NCBI RefSeq assembly: GCF_006345805.1
Contig: NC_043007.1
Span: 2,356,001 to 2,420,000 of the forward strand
DNA from: Octopus sinensis
Lineage: Eukaryota
Reading direction: 5' to 3'
DNA: 64,000 nt
In this document: in pieces, positions 11,985-23,859 of the stretch
Layout of the letters: each line of letters opens with the position of its first letter
How positions within the stretch are numbered: the first letter of the stretch is position 1
Made by a program: the position numbers and the translations under genes
The notes under the pieces: model-generated
Told to the model about the DNA's origin: nothing
The model's input: only the letters and a program-made list of their open reading frames with translations
Databases searched by the model: none

Positions 11985-12495
11985 AATACAATGTACATTA
12001 AACACATAAGAGATGATCAGAATAGGACATCTGACTCACTAGAAAGAGCAGTTAAACTCCAAACCACTAATAGTTATAATTCTGAAAAGGAATGAAAAAT
12101 AAAAACATTTACCCTATCTTTTCTAGACTATGCATAATTTCGGCAATCTTTTGCAAATAAAATAAAATAATTTTAATTTACAACTGGCGTTGCCATCTTC
12201 AGCAGGAGGCCAAGACTCACATATAGACACGAGGCGATAATGAACATGCCTCGTGTTTATATGTTATAATGTTTTTTTCTGCTGAAGATGGCAACGCCAG
12301 TTGTAAATTAAAATTATTTTATTTTATGTGCAAAAGATTTACGAAACTATGCATAGTCCTAGGGTAAATGATTTTATTTTTCATTATCTTTCAGAATTAT
12401 AAGTATTAGTGGTTTGGAGTTTAACTGCTCTTTCTAGTGAGTCAGATGTCCTATTACGGTAATCTCTTATGTATTTAAATGCACACTGTATGAAT
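11985..12495. mobile_element. Large palindromic element (about 220-bp imperfect inverted arms) with a hammerhead-like motif in each arm
   Basis: Arms at about 11985-12204 and 12279-12495, plus a central 16-bp hairpin at 12220-12263. Confidence 0.85.
12119..12207 (-). ncRNA. Type I hammerhead-like motif with intact core and GUC triplet
   Basis: Minus strand reads CUG-CUGAAGA-U-GGCAA(long AU-rich stem-loop)UUGCC-GAAA-UUAUGCAUAG-UC-UAG. Stem III contains the palindrome UAUGCAUA. Confidence 0.7.
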
Positions 12496-12602
12496 AATAT
12501 ATAGCCTATTGACTAATTTTTCCTTCTCGCTAGACCACTGGTAGCAAAGAATTTTTCTATAATATTTTTGCTACACTAAGATTTATTAATTAATAATTCA
12601 TT

Positions 12603-12651
<49 letters not shown>

Positions 12652-12691
12652 ATTCTTTATATTATGATATAATATAATAATATATTCATAC

Positions 12692-12722
<31 letters not shown>

Positions 12723-13215
12723 TATATACACACATATCAGTATGTCTTATAGACTCAGTATGTCTTGGTTTCTAGTTTCCCATGTGCGTTTTACACCTTA
12801 TATATGTGTGTGTGTGTACGCGTATATATGTGCCTCCGTGCGTGTGTGCGCATGTGCGTTTTTAAGTATGCGCATGACATACACCCTTTTGCACATAATG
12901 CTTTGTGAAATGTATGACAAACTCATATAATGCTTAGTTTGGTCTTACACCGTTCTTTTGGTAGTATGTAGAGAAATCCTTCAAAACATCTCCCATATTG
13001 TATTCTGTTGTTCGTATAAGAACCATCATTTATGCTTCTCACACGTCTGAATTTGTGCAACATCCATCTAGGAATTTACAGAATTGTTATAAAACATTAG
13101 CAACTTTTAATGCTTTCAATTTTGCAAAGCCAGCATTAACAGATAAACATCTCTATGAGGTTGTACTTTCATTTTGACACACTACTGCTGGAATTCCGTC
13201 CCTTTCTAATGCGAA

Positions 13216-13376
13216 GGCGAGTGGCTGTGTGGTTGGTAGGTTGCTTACGAACCACATTGTTCCGGTTTCAGTCCCACTGCGTGGCATCTTGGGCAAGTGT
13301 CTTCTATTATAACCGCAGGCCAACCAAAGCCTTGTGAGTGTATTTGGTAGACGGAAACTGAAAGAAGCCCGTCGTA

Positions 13377-13429
<53 letters not shown>

Positions 13430-13646
13430 ATATGTTTGTGTGTCTGTGTTTGTCCCCCCAACATCGCTTGACAACCGATGCTGGTGTGTTTAAGTCTCTG
13501 TAACTTAGCGGTTCGGCAAAAGAGACCGGTAGAATAAGTACTAGGCTTACAAGGAATAAGTCCTGGGGTCGATTTGCTCTACTAAAGGCGGTGCTCCAGC
13601 ATGGCCACAGTCAAATGACTGAAAAAAGTAAAAGAGTAAAACAGAG
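13216..13646 (+). mobile_element. tRNA-derived SINE family B with internal TA/TG microsatellite
   Basis: Head GAGTGGCTGTGTGG..GTTTCAGTCCC, body CTTGGGCAAGTGTCTT, internal microsatellite, tail GGCGGTGCTCCAGCATGGCC..TGACTGAAA..GTAAAAGAG. Confidence 0.9.
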
Positions 13647-14088
13647 TAATCTAATTCTTCAGTCATTAACAGCAGTTGTTTTTCTGTCTCATTCAACTAT
13701 AAATACTCGCAACGCCAACCTCAGACTCAAAATCTTTGCTCGGCCTGATCCACACTCCATATTATACGGATCCTGCATCCACAACACCACTATATTCTTT
13801 CAGTTTGGTCTTTCAAAGGAAGCTGTATCGGAGTTATAATCTGCTTAAACACCAGTGCCACGAGTGGGGTATACCTCTGTGATCAATCAGTCTCGCCTCT
13901 TTCTAGCTACATTCTAACATTCTTTGGATCTGATAAAGGCTTGGTTTGTTGCATTCTTATTAGTTTAGCGTAGCTGCTTGAATTACACGATCCTTGACAA
14001 CTCGATTGGTGATCAATTCACCAAAATCTTGACTTACACTCAATATTTGATAAAACTGTTTGAAAGTTATTTAAGTGTTATTACATTT

Positions 14089-14225
14089 GGTAGTTGTGGC
14101 TTAGTGGTTAGAGTGTCGGACCCATGATCATAAGATTGTGGTTTCGATTCCTGGACCGGGCGACACGTTGTGTTCTTGAGCATTTCATGTTGCTTCAGTC
14201 CCCTCAGCAGGTAAAAATGAGTTAA
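14089..14225 (+). mobile_element. tRNA-derived SINE family D, 5' part
   Basis: GTGGCTTAGTGGTTAGAG (A box), GGTTTCGATTCC (B box), then GTTGTGTTCTTGAGCA..GTTGCTTCAGTC; similar to 25150-25330. Confidence 0.7.
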
Positions 14226-15084
14226 TCTTGCGTTGCTTCGGTTTCAATGGCTTACTCTGTCGTCCTTTAGGACTTGGTAAAACGTCCACGAAGTCACTAA
14301 TGTGAAACACTTGCTCAAAAGTTTGAAACCGTGCGTTAATGTTATAAAATATAAATATTTTCGGACGTCACAGTGCATAGAGATGTGGTACAGTCTATAT
14401 CCTTCCTGTTAGGTTTGGTTTCGGTAACGCAATTTAAAGAGAAATGTTTTGTTATATATTCTTCTCTGCTTCATAAAAATTATTTTCAATATTGCTGCAA
14501 TGGTTCGAAGGTGGGTGGTGAATATGAATTCGTCTAGTAACAAATTCTTCTTTTAGGAAAGTATACGGAAAATGCAAACATATTACTTTATGGTAACATT
14601 TGGTAAACTGACGACAAAAACGTTAAATATTTCCGAAAGCACAAGCATGAAAGATGTGCGTATGAAATTAATAGAAAAAACAGCAATAAAACCGTCGATT
14701 TATGCAGATATATGTTAAAATTACACCAACATTAGTAGTGACTGCAGTAATAATGTCAACAAATAACAGACAACACCTCCTAACGGAATTATGTAAAGAG
14801 GGGAAGATAATAATTAACGTCCTTCCTGCATAAACATTTCGCTTCAGCAGAGCTGAAACAGGTATTGGTTAGAACATGAGATTTGCATGTTTTTTTTTTC
14901 CCGCAGAGTTTAGGGCGGGGATAATTGACATAAATACGACATATTGTCCTTGGGTGTGTATATGAGTGTATATATGTGTATATTTTATGATTGCGATAAT
15001 ATTAGGTTGGTCTCTGGCGCGTGACAGCTCACCTCTTAGAAAAGAGTTTTATTTAGCATGGACGGGAACCTCAATATATATGTG

Positions 15085-15124
<40 letters not shown>

Positions 15125-15127
<3 letters not shown>

Positions 15128-15632
15128 ATATATATATAAAACTCTAGTTGTGTGAGTGTCTGTCCCCTTCGATTTAGATTCCTAACTCCTCCCACATTTT
15201 GCGGTGCAGTTTAACCAAATTCGGGTATCTTATAGTCGTGATTCATATCGAGCCCGTCTGGCTATTAGCGCGCGTCAACGATGAGTCTACGATTTTAAAA
15301 ATAATTTAACATCATTTTTTATTCCATTTTAATGCATAAAATGCATCGTATGTCGATGGCGGCGGAGTTGGCGTCCACGCTCACAGCTGCACCTGTTTGC
15401 TTCTCCCCCTTCCCTCCCTCGTGAAGCTGTGGGGAAGGGAGTGTAAAGAAATCAACGTCGTAATGCGTTGTGAAGGAAACCAGCGTTCTTTTAGAACAAC
15501 CACTTCATGGCTTGAAGACACCAAAACAAAAATGGCTAAGAAAGCCCGAATTTATAAGGGAAGTAACTCTCTAAAAATGCTTATATAGTTATTTCCCTTA
15601 CAAACCCGAGCAACGCCGGGCGATACTGCTAG
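15125..15632 (+). mobile_element. Non-autonomous Helitron, copy 1 of a tandem pair
   Basis: 5' A|TC start, subterminal hairpin CCCGAGCAACGCCGGG (15605-15620) and 3' CTAG. Confidence 0.85.
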
Positions 15633-16139
15633 TATATATATAAAACTCTAGTTGTGTGAGTGTCTGTCCCCTTCGATTTAGATTCCTAACTCCTCCCACA
15701 TTTTGCGGTGCAGTTTAACCACATTCGGGTATCTTATAGTCGTGATTCATATCGAGCCCGTCTGGCTATTAGCGCGCGTCAACGATGAGTCTACGATTTT
15801 AAAAATAATTTAACATCATTTTTTATTCCATTTTAATGCATAATTTTTCGTGTGTCAATGGCAGCGGAGTTGGCGTCCACGCTCACACCTGCACCTGTTT
15901 GCTTCTCCCCCTTCCCTCCCTCGTGAAGCTGTGGGGAAGGGAGTGTAAAGAAATCAACGTCGTAATGCGTTGTCAAGGAGACCAGCGTTCTTTTAGAACA
16001 ACGACTTCATGGCTTGAAGACACCAAAACAGAAATGGCTAAGAAAGCCCGAATTGGCCTCTATAAGGGAAGTAACTCTCTAAAAATGCTTATATAGTTAT
16101 TTCCCTACAAACCCGAGCAACGCCGGGCAATACTGCTAG
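15633..16139 (+). mobile_element. Non-autonomous Helitron, copy 2 (head-to-tail)
   Basis: Near-identical to copy 1, with the same hairpin and a CTAG|T end. Confidence 0.85.
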
Positions 16140-16154
16140 TATATATATATATTA

Positions 16155-16392
16155 GGGCGGTGAGCTGGCAGAATCGTTAGCATGCCGGAGAAATGCCTAG
16201 TGATATTTCTTCTGCCGTTACGTTCTGAGTTCAAATTCCGCCGAGGTCGGCTTTGCCTTCCATCCTTTCAGGGTCGATTAAATATGTACCTATTTCTTTA
16301 TTACCCACAAGGGGCTAAACACAGAGGGGACAAACAAGGACAGACATAGGTATTAAGTCGATTAAATGAAGTCGATTAAGTCGATTAAATGA
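16155..16392 (+). mobile_element. SINE family A head/core followed by an antisense SINE A tail
   Basis: Plus-strand head and core run to about 16290, then the reverse-complement tail TATTTCTTTATTACCCACAAGGGGCTAAACAC, then reiterated AAGTCGATTAAATG. Confidence 0.8.
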
Positions 16393-16884
16393 AGAATAAC
16401 TGATAATTCCTGCTTGCAGTTTACTGCATTCTCCCTTTTACCAATTTATTTTTGATTTGTTATACTCCTCAATGTTTTGAGATTAATGGACGAGTAACAG
16501 CTGCATGGTTTAAATTGCTTTCAATTCGTTTTCAGATAGTTATATGGTTTCTCATATTAAATTTAAACGTCGCGCTTGAGGATGGTCTGTTTCAAACGAG
16601 ACCTTTTAACTATTAACAATAATCTCTTAAACCGTTGATGATTTTCCTCGTCCAAAATACCGGCTGAGCAAAATTAGTTTTTAAATATGTACACTTCTAC
16701 TGATGTGTATGTTAAATTGCGCTTATGCAGGTCTGTCAAATGACATTTAACTCATAGGTGTGTAGCTGTGTATGTGTTGTATTCAGTTTCCCTACATATA
16801 TACTACATATATGCGTGTATGTGTACATACATACACATACAGATACATACATATATATGTGTGTATGTGTAGATATATATATGA

Positions 16885-16990
16885 ATTAATGCTCGGGAAG
16901 TAAGAAAGTCTTTTACGTTTCGAGCCTACGCTTTTCGACAGAAAGTAACACAAAAATAAACAGGGAGAGAAACTAGAAAAAAGGTTTAGT
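16885..16990 (-). mobile_element. Penelope-terminus-like repeat with minimal hammerhead-like motif (family P1)
   Basis: Minus strand reads CUUU-CUGUCGA-A-AAG(CGUAGG)CUC-GAAA-CGUA-AAAG; shared with 19545-19660 and 23860-24110. Confidence 0.65.
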
Positions 16991-18344
16991 GGCTGTGTTT
17001 CTGTGTACGTGTGTGTGCATGTATATATGTTTATGAATTTATGTATGTGTGCTTTTTATATGTGTGATCATACTCACGAAGCTTGTAAACATTTCGGACC
17101 AACTTTCTACTGGAGTTCGACTATTATAAAATTTGATGACAAAGAAACGTTTCGGTTTGTGGCAAGATAAAATAGAAGAGCGAGAAAATCTGCGAATTTT
17201 ATTTCGATTTCGGAAAATCAATTTCTATTGCAGAAAGACCGATTGAACGTTTTTGGTAATGTACAGACGGTTCTATGAAATAGTAAGCTAAGATTGTCTT
17301 AATGGAGATTTTGGGGAAAGCAACAAAGTCGGCTGACGTCGACAAATGGTCGGCGAAGACTATGTTCGAATGATGATGATAATGATGCTGATGGGGATGA
17401 TGATGATGGCAACGAAGACGATTATGTTTTACAATGGCAAAAGTTTACAAATTTCAATGTTAGATCGAGGTTATTGAATCGACATTGCATCTGGCCTGGA
17501 TCCAAAAGAAAAACAAAAGTCTACCTTACGTGAGGCTCAAACACAGAACTGGTTTCTCTTCTATACAAATGACTCATTATCTAAATTAATATTTTAAAAC
17601 TAATAGCTTATTTATTTTAAGCTAGATTTTAAAACAACATCATTCATTACATCATACGTTATCACTAACTTACCACAATTTTTACATTCTCATACAGCCC
17701 TATTGTCTTTGGAAAGTGAGAAACAATTCAAAATATTCCAATTCCGGTTACCTAAAAATAGAGACCATTGTGTTTTACTGAAAACACTCAGTAATATTAG
17801 AAATTATACACAATATTGAGAAGCTATTATTAATTTAGAATTTGCGAGAATATACTATTCAGTGTATTTTTCTTTCAGTCAGAGTGTTCTCGTTCGCCAA
17901 AAGAAGCAAATGTGAAGTGGAGACAACAATGATAACGACATATCACCATTTCGCCAGAATTTCCAAGTCTTCAAATACTTACACGCGATAAATAATATAT
18001 GTTGATGAAATACCAGAAGGTCATAATGGCATGCACGCCTGTTGAGGCATTGTTGTAGTTTCCTGTTTAATTTGATAAAGGTACGAAGAAATATGATTGG
18101 CGATATGTTGTTTCAATTATTTATGAAGGAGGAATAATACGGAATATTAATAGACTTTCGAAAGTTCATCCGTTGTCTTGCTTCTTAATGTGTGTACCGG
18201 GCGGCTACAAAATACAAAGAGAAATTTTGACATTAAACCGCGACGTAAGTGTCCAACAAATTAAAAATACATAGATTTAAGGAACAGAATGAGAAAATAT
18301 CTATAAGTCAGCTCTAAGTTATTTACAAACTAGAAGAAGGCGCT

Positions 18345-18520
18345 TACCTACTCATTTGCTCTGCTAGAAATAATAGTATTTTTTGCTCAAATCACATGAG
18401 ATTGTCATGAAAAAGCAGGATACATGGATAATGCATCCCATACAAAATTCCTAGAAGAGGTTTGAGCATGGTTTGGTTCACACAGAGCCCACTTGCAGCT
18501 AAACTACAATCTATAGTATT
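18345..18520 (+). repeat. Old dispersed repeat fragment, related to about 25625-25830
   Basis: Loose similarity seen by eye: GCTAGAAATA..CTCAAATCAC..AAAAAGCAGGA.ACA versus ACTACAAATAGCAG..CTCAAATT..AAAAAAGGAAAGGACAC. Confidence 0.35.
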
Positions 18521-18693
18521 TAAAAGGCCGGACATATATTTTCAACAAGTCAGTATATAGAACGACAAAACAAAAGCTTACACACAAACATATAATTCCT
18601 TAAAATCCTTTAATATGTTTTAGCCCGAAGGCCGCGGCCATGCTGGGGCACCACCGCGGTATATATTAACAAATTTATATATTAACAAATTTA

Positions 18694-18925
18694 AGGCGGC
18701 GAGCTGGCACAAACGCTAGCGCGCCGGGCGAAATGCATGGCGGTATTTCGTCTGCCGTTACGTTCTGAGTTCAAATTCCGCCAAGGTCCACTTTGCCTTT
18801 CATCCTTTCGGGATCGATAAATAAAGTATTAGTTATGCACTGGAGTCGATATAATCGACTTAATCCCTTTGACCGTCTTTGTTTTTCCCCTTTATGTTTA
18901 GCCTCTTGTAGGCAGTAAAGAAATA
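18694..18925 (+). mobile_element. SINE family A monomer with target-site duplication
   Basis: Full head, core and tail. ATATATTAACAAA flanks both sides, and a SINE B tail scrap lies at about 18630-18655. Confidence 0.9.
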
Positions 18926-19494
18926 TATATTAACAAAATTATTTCTGGTTTATTTCGTGATATGAGGCTAACAAGTAGGTAAGAGGTTCCGGCGATTGAT
19001 ATTGCTATTAATTTGTTGGTCAAATATACAAATGGAAGAGGAATATGACCGAAGCCATGTATCAAATCGTATTTAAAGCAATACTCTAGAGGTTATATTA
19101 TTCTATTGCATTTACACACAGATTCGTAGACGAATTTATAGCCTGCAATATCTATCAATAAGTAATCTGGTCTTTCATAGAGTTATCATAAAAATACGCC
19201 TTGATTAATGAATTTCAAAACACCGGTAACAAAGAACGCCTATTGCAGGCCTAGCTGTTACATGTACGACAGCAAATTATATAAAAACCTGTTTGTCCGT
19301 ATTGAGTTTACTTTCCTTCTATGTGTTATTACCATGACTCTGTGATGCGGGCGAAAGTATACCACAATCCCGTATTTGTAACGGAAACTCAAATGTAAGC
19401 TGACGCTATCAAACCAGTCCTTCACTGCATAGAGTTAGAGTGTTTGACTTCGCTTACCTCTTAAACCTCACAGACTGCCGACCATCTTACACCA

Positions 19495-19534
<40 letters not shown>

Positions 19535-19544
19535 AGTGTTTACG

Positions 19545-19660
19545 AAAAAAAAAAAAGACGAAGGCAGGTGGTGTACAAAACAAACAGATGTATTAGTATA
19601 ACGCTCAGGAATAGAAAAAGTCTTTTACGTTTCGAGCCTACGCTCTTCTCAGAAAGGTAT
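19545..19660 (-). mobile_element. Family P1 Penelope-terminus-like repeat
   Basis: Minus strand reads CUUU-CUGAGAA-GAG(CGUAGG)CUC-GAAA-CGUA-AAAG. Confidence 0.65.
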
Positions 19661-19768
19661 ATATATATATATGTTCGGCAAAAATTTAGATTCAGATGAA
19701 TATGGTACTCAAGTTAAAGGCACCAGAATTTGGTATGGTATTATCCATATAAATCAAATGGGGTGATT

Positions 19769-19991
19769 ATAATCAAAATAAGCAACAAGGATATCCAAAG
19801 GTAGTGTAGTACAATCGTTTCATGCTACATTATTTAATTAAACAACGTAAGCATTACATCAGTTTTAAAATCTAGGCTGAAGAGTGCTCTACATTTTAAA
19901 ACTGATGTAATACATTGTTTAATTAAATGATGTAGCATGAAACGATTGTACTATACTACCTTTGGATATTCTTGTTGTTTATTTTGATTAT
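19769..19991. mobile_element. Palindromic element (about 100-bp arms, 21-bp loop) with degenerate hammerhead-like motifs
   Basis: Arms at 19769-19871 and 19893-19991. Each reads CUGAUGU-A-(long stem)-GAAAC-GAUU-GUA outward. Confidence 0.8.
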
Positions 19992-20059
19992 ATATATACA
20001 TATGTGTGTGTGCGTGTGTGTGTATGTGTGTGTGTGTATGTATATATGTGTATGTGTAT

Positions 20060-20272
20060 GTTTGTGAGTCTGTGTTTGTCCGCCTCACTATCGCTTGACA
20101 ACCGATACTGGTATGTTTACGTCCCCGTAACTTAGCGGTTCGCCAAAAAGAGCCCGATAGAATACGTACTAAGCTTACTAACAATAAGTTCTGGTGGCGA
20201 TTTACTCGATTAAAAGGTGGTGCTCCAACATGGCCGCAGGCAAATGACTGAAACAAATAAAAGAATAAAAGT
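20060..20272 (+). mobile_element. SINE family B, 3' half only
   Basis: TGTGTTTGTCC..CGCTTGACAACCGAT..GTAACTTAGCGGTTCG..GGTGCTCCAACATGGCCGCAG..TGACTGAAACAA. Confidence 0.85.
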
Positions 20273-20484
20273 ATATCTATCTTCAGTTTCAAAATGAATA
20301 AAAAATGAAAAAGACACAGAAATCCTAAATTTTGAACCAGAGGAAGACAGACACACTGTTTCCTCCTTGCTCAGTTCAATAAACATAATCGATCTGTATT
20401 TTATTACCAAATCGTATCGCACATCCAAATTCATAAGTTATCATTAAATAATATTTAAATTAGCAAGAATTTTATCTTGCGATT

Positions 20485-20890
20485 TGGTGTGACAAAATCT
20501 GAAACATTCTTTGGAATTTTGCAGAATATAGGATTGTATTTTTCCGTAGGTCGGAAATGCGAGTCTCAATTCTAATCTCTCTCAGCCCCTTAGATAATAT
20601 TTTAGGTGTTGTGCCACGGGCAATAATTAGTCTTCAGCTTTTGGGTTAGGTTCTGCTGTTTCTCTGTTTTTTCCAATTGTTTATGGTATCGAATCTGCTA
20701 TCATATAGAATTGCAAAATCTATAATCTCACTTTATTTTATCCTCTTTAATCATATCTGGTCTCCTTAATTCTATTGTATGGTGAGTCTTTATAGGGAAG
20801 TTCCACAAGATCCTGGAATTCTCATTTTCTGGTTCGTCTTCATACCATTTTCCCGTTATTTTGAAGCCAACATTCCAATGCAATTTTTTA
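20485..20890 (-). mobile_element. R4/Dong-like (RLE-type) non-LTR retrotransposon C-terminal fragment
   Basis: Minus strand gives GKWYEDEPENENSRILWNFPIKTHHTIELRRPDMIKEDK, then IIDFAILYDSR and GTTPKILSKGLREIRIETRISDLRKNTILYSA, consistent with a PD..D/E-xK restriction-like endonuclease region. Confidence 0.8.
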
Positions 20891-20964
20891 CATACATAAT
20901 CATACATACACTTAAATCTCGTTCGTGAGGGTACACTGTGCTCTCCCAAGGGGTGGAAAACACT

Positions 20965-21058
20965 TGGCTCGATGTAACCGACATTGCATCTTTTCGGGGT
21001 GAAAAATAAACATGACACCAGTTTTCGATATAAATAGGATCGATGTAAATGACTAAAC
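20965..21058 (+). mobile_element. Diverged SINE family A core fragment
   Basis: CATCTTTTCGGGGTGAAAAATAAA..ACCAGTT..GGATCGATGTAAATGACT. Confidence 0.55.
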
Positions 21059-21640
21059 ATCTTTCTTCAGAATTATTGGTTTGGTACCTCAATTGAAAAC
21101 CATCATTAAAAGACTGATGGGGATCGCTCTCCGTCGTTTAACGATGGAGATTTAACTGTTCGATCACTTGACTTACCTGTACCTAAATTAACATGTGACT
21201 TTTTCAAGTATTCCATAGACAGGTAACCCTAAGAGTAATTTCTCAGGTTAAAGCAGTGTAGTATATTGTGTGTGTGTGTGTGTGCGTGTGTGTGAGAGAG
21301 AGAGAGAGAGAGACAAGGATGTCCTTTTTATTAGAAGTCCGTTGGGTGGATTATAAGGAGTCTTCACCCAATAAAATATTAATTTGTCGCTAATTTCGAA
21401 TACAGTGAAGTATAATGTACAAAGATGAAACGCAGTAGATAAAATAATATTAAAAAAAAAACATATTAAAGTTAAGTAAATAAATAGGTTGAATAAAAAA
21501 CCTAAGTATCGAAAATTAAATTAAACTATTGTTTAATTTAAATTGGAATAACATGAAATATAAGCTAGGTGAAAAGTAGGAATGTAATAAGCGATTGCTC
21601 GAGTTAAGAGATAAGAATTAAATAAACCGGTATAGGTGTC

Positions 21641-21755
21641 TAGCGGTTCGGTCATAGACACCGATAGAATAAGTACAAGGCTTAAAAAATGTTCGGAGGT
21701 TGAGTCGTTCGACTAAAATTCCTCAAAGAGAGCCCCAGCATGGTCACAGTCAAAG
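21641..21755 (+). mobile_element. Diverged SINE family B tail
   Basis: TAGCGGTTCGG..ACCGATAGAATAAGTAC..CCCCAGCATGGTCACAGTCAAA. Confidence 0.7.
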
Positions 21756-22799
21756 ACACCCAAACATATCCGTATATGCACATATCCATAGACATTTATA
21801 ATACGTTCGGCATACGTGCGTGTATGTATGTAATATTCAAACGCTGATGCCGGAATTTATGTGTAATAAACATTGATTGTATAATAAGTATATCCTCTGG
21901 AGACAACCTAATATTGATAACCATGTTTCCAACATTACCCCGATATTTTGTAAGCAACATACAGTGTAAGGGAAAATATGCAACTTAAAATACGTTTTAT
22001 TTTTGCGATCCTGTTTACACAAGTGGACATTTTTTCCTCTTTTTGATTTGATTGTTTTGCTTCATTTAACTAGTTTGTTCAACAATTTTGGAGCCCTTCT
22101 CTTTGGAATGTATTTCAACATGGCAGAGTTATCAAAACTGCAAAGACAAAAGAGTTAAGTGAAAAATAAAATTAGATTTCCGCCATTGATATTAGTGTTA
22201 CCAGATTAACAACAGCTATTCCCAAAAGAAACGAGTTGTTTCGCTATAACCAGCAGAAGTTATAGATATTTTATGTAGATCAATGTAGGATTTAATGACT
22301 GTTTGGATATTATTATTTGTAATATAATGCGGCTTTGTTCATTCAATCCACCATTATTTGGAACTAAAGCTGAATACTGTTCGATAAAATTTGGGTGTCT
22401 TTCGTTTAGAAATTATCCGTTGATAGTTTGACTTGTTGTAAGAATTTATATATTTTGGGTGAAAAAACAATGAAATAAAAGTTTCGAAAAGAAAGAAATA
22501 TGTAGCTCTCGGCAGTGTGAAAGCAGATACACATGTGGAGAATATGTGTAGATATTTGTAATAGAAATAAAGAATAAGAGAGGATGAAAGAAAGAAATGG
22601 TAAGAAATATTTGAGATTTGAAGAAGCGTGGTTTCGTGTATTCAGGAAGTTTTGTTAAAAAATAATTTGGTTTCACCTTCGTTTCAAAGAATTCGTAATT
22701 TTGGAATAGTTCTATACTCATTGTATATGATCGATGAAAACCTTTGTGAGGATTTTCGTAAACAAAATGTAAGCAGACACCTGTAGCATGTAGATGCAT

Positions 22800-22822
22800 T
22801 TATACCATATATACATATATAC

Positions 22823-22909
<87 letters not shown>

Positions 22910-22953
22910 CATATATATATGTGTGTATGTGTGCGTATAAATGATTGCAAGTG

Positions 22954-23011
<58 letters not shown>

Positions 23012-23324
23012 AATCATCGTTCCTATCTCTAGCCTTACATGATACACACAGACCCGGGTTCTTGGGTGGTAACATGTCATCAGTGTTTGATAATCAAGAG
23101 CTAGTGATGAAAACTCATTCCACACCGGAATACTATATGCTTTTCCCAGTGAAAAACTGTCGCTGATCTCGAGAGATGAGAACGAGGATCTCCCCTCACA
23201 AGTACTAACCGGAGTCATTGTGTCGTTAGCCAGCTGGAGATGTCTTCCTAGGGTTAAAAACAACAGTAACATCGTCCTCTATGGGACCGCCACATTTTGT
23301 TGGCAATTATATTTTACGATATAC

Positions 23325-23384
<60 letters not shown>

Positions 23385-23387
23385 TTA

Positions 23388-23418
<31 letters not shown>

Positions 23419-23627
23419 TTATGTATACATCTATGTATTTATACATACATATATGTATATATATATATGTGTGTGTGTGTATATATTTGTATATATATAT
23501 ATATTTATATAAAAACCACCTTAGAGAAGAAGAAGAAACGAAACGAAACGAATCGAATCGAATCGACGTGAGGGCGCTCAGTCATACAATAGTGTATATA
23601 TATATATATATATACACACATATATAT

Positions 23628-23714
<87 letters not shown>

Positions 23715-23830
23715 TATATATAGATATATATATATATATATAGTATATATATATATATAGATATATATATATATAGATATATATATATATAGATATATAT
23801 ATATATATGTAGATAGATAGATATGCATAT
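22800..23830. repeat. TA/TACA/TG/TAGA microsatellite fields separated by a short unique segment (about 23010-23320)
   Basis: Direct inspection. Confidence 0.85.
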
Positions 23831-23859
23831 ATATGCAATCAAATCAACGAATAAACAAG

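Noticed and set aside
14089-14170. tRNA-like sequences here and at 6640-6700, 25150, 33529 and 61680-61746
   Set aside because: They have A/B boxes but no complete cloverleaf or acceptor stem, and they continue into SINE bodies.
17983-18062. Candidate 80-nt minus-strand exon (AG..GTAAGT; GNYNNASTGVHAIMTFWYFINIYYLSR)
   Set aside because: No recognisable homology or partner exons. Such matches arise by chance in 64 kb, and RNA-seq is needed.
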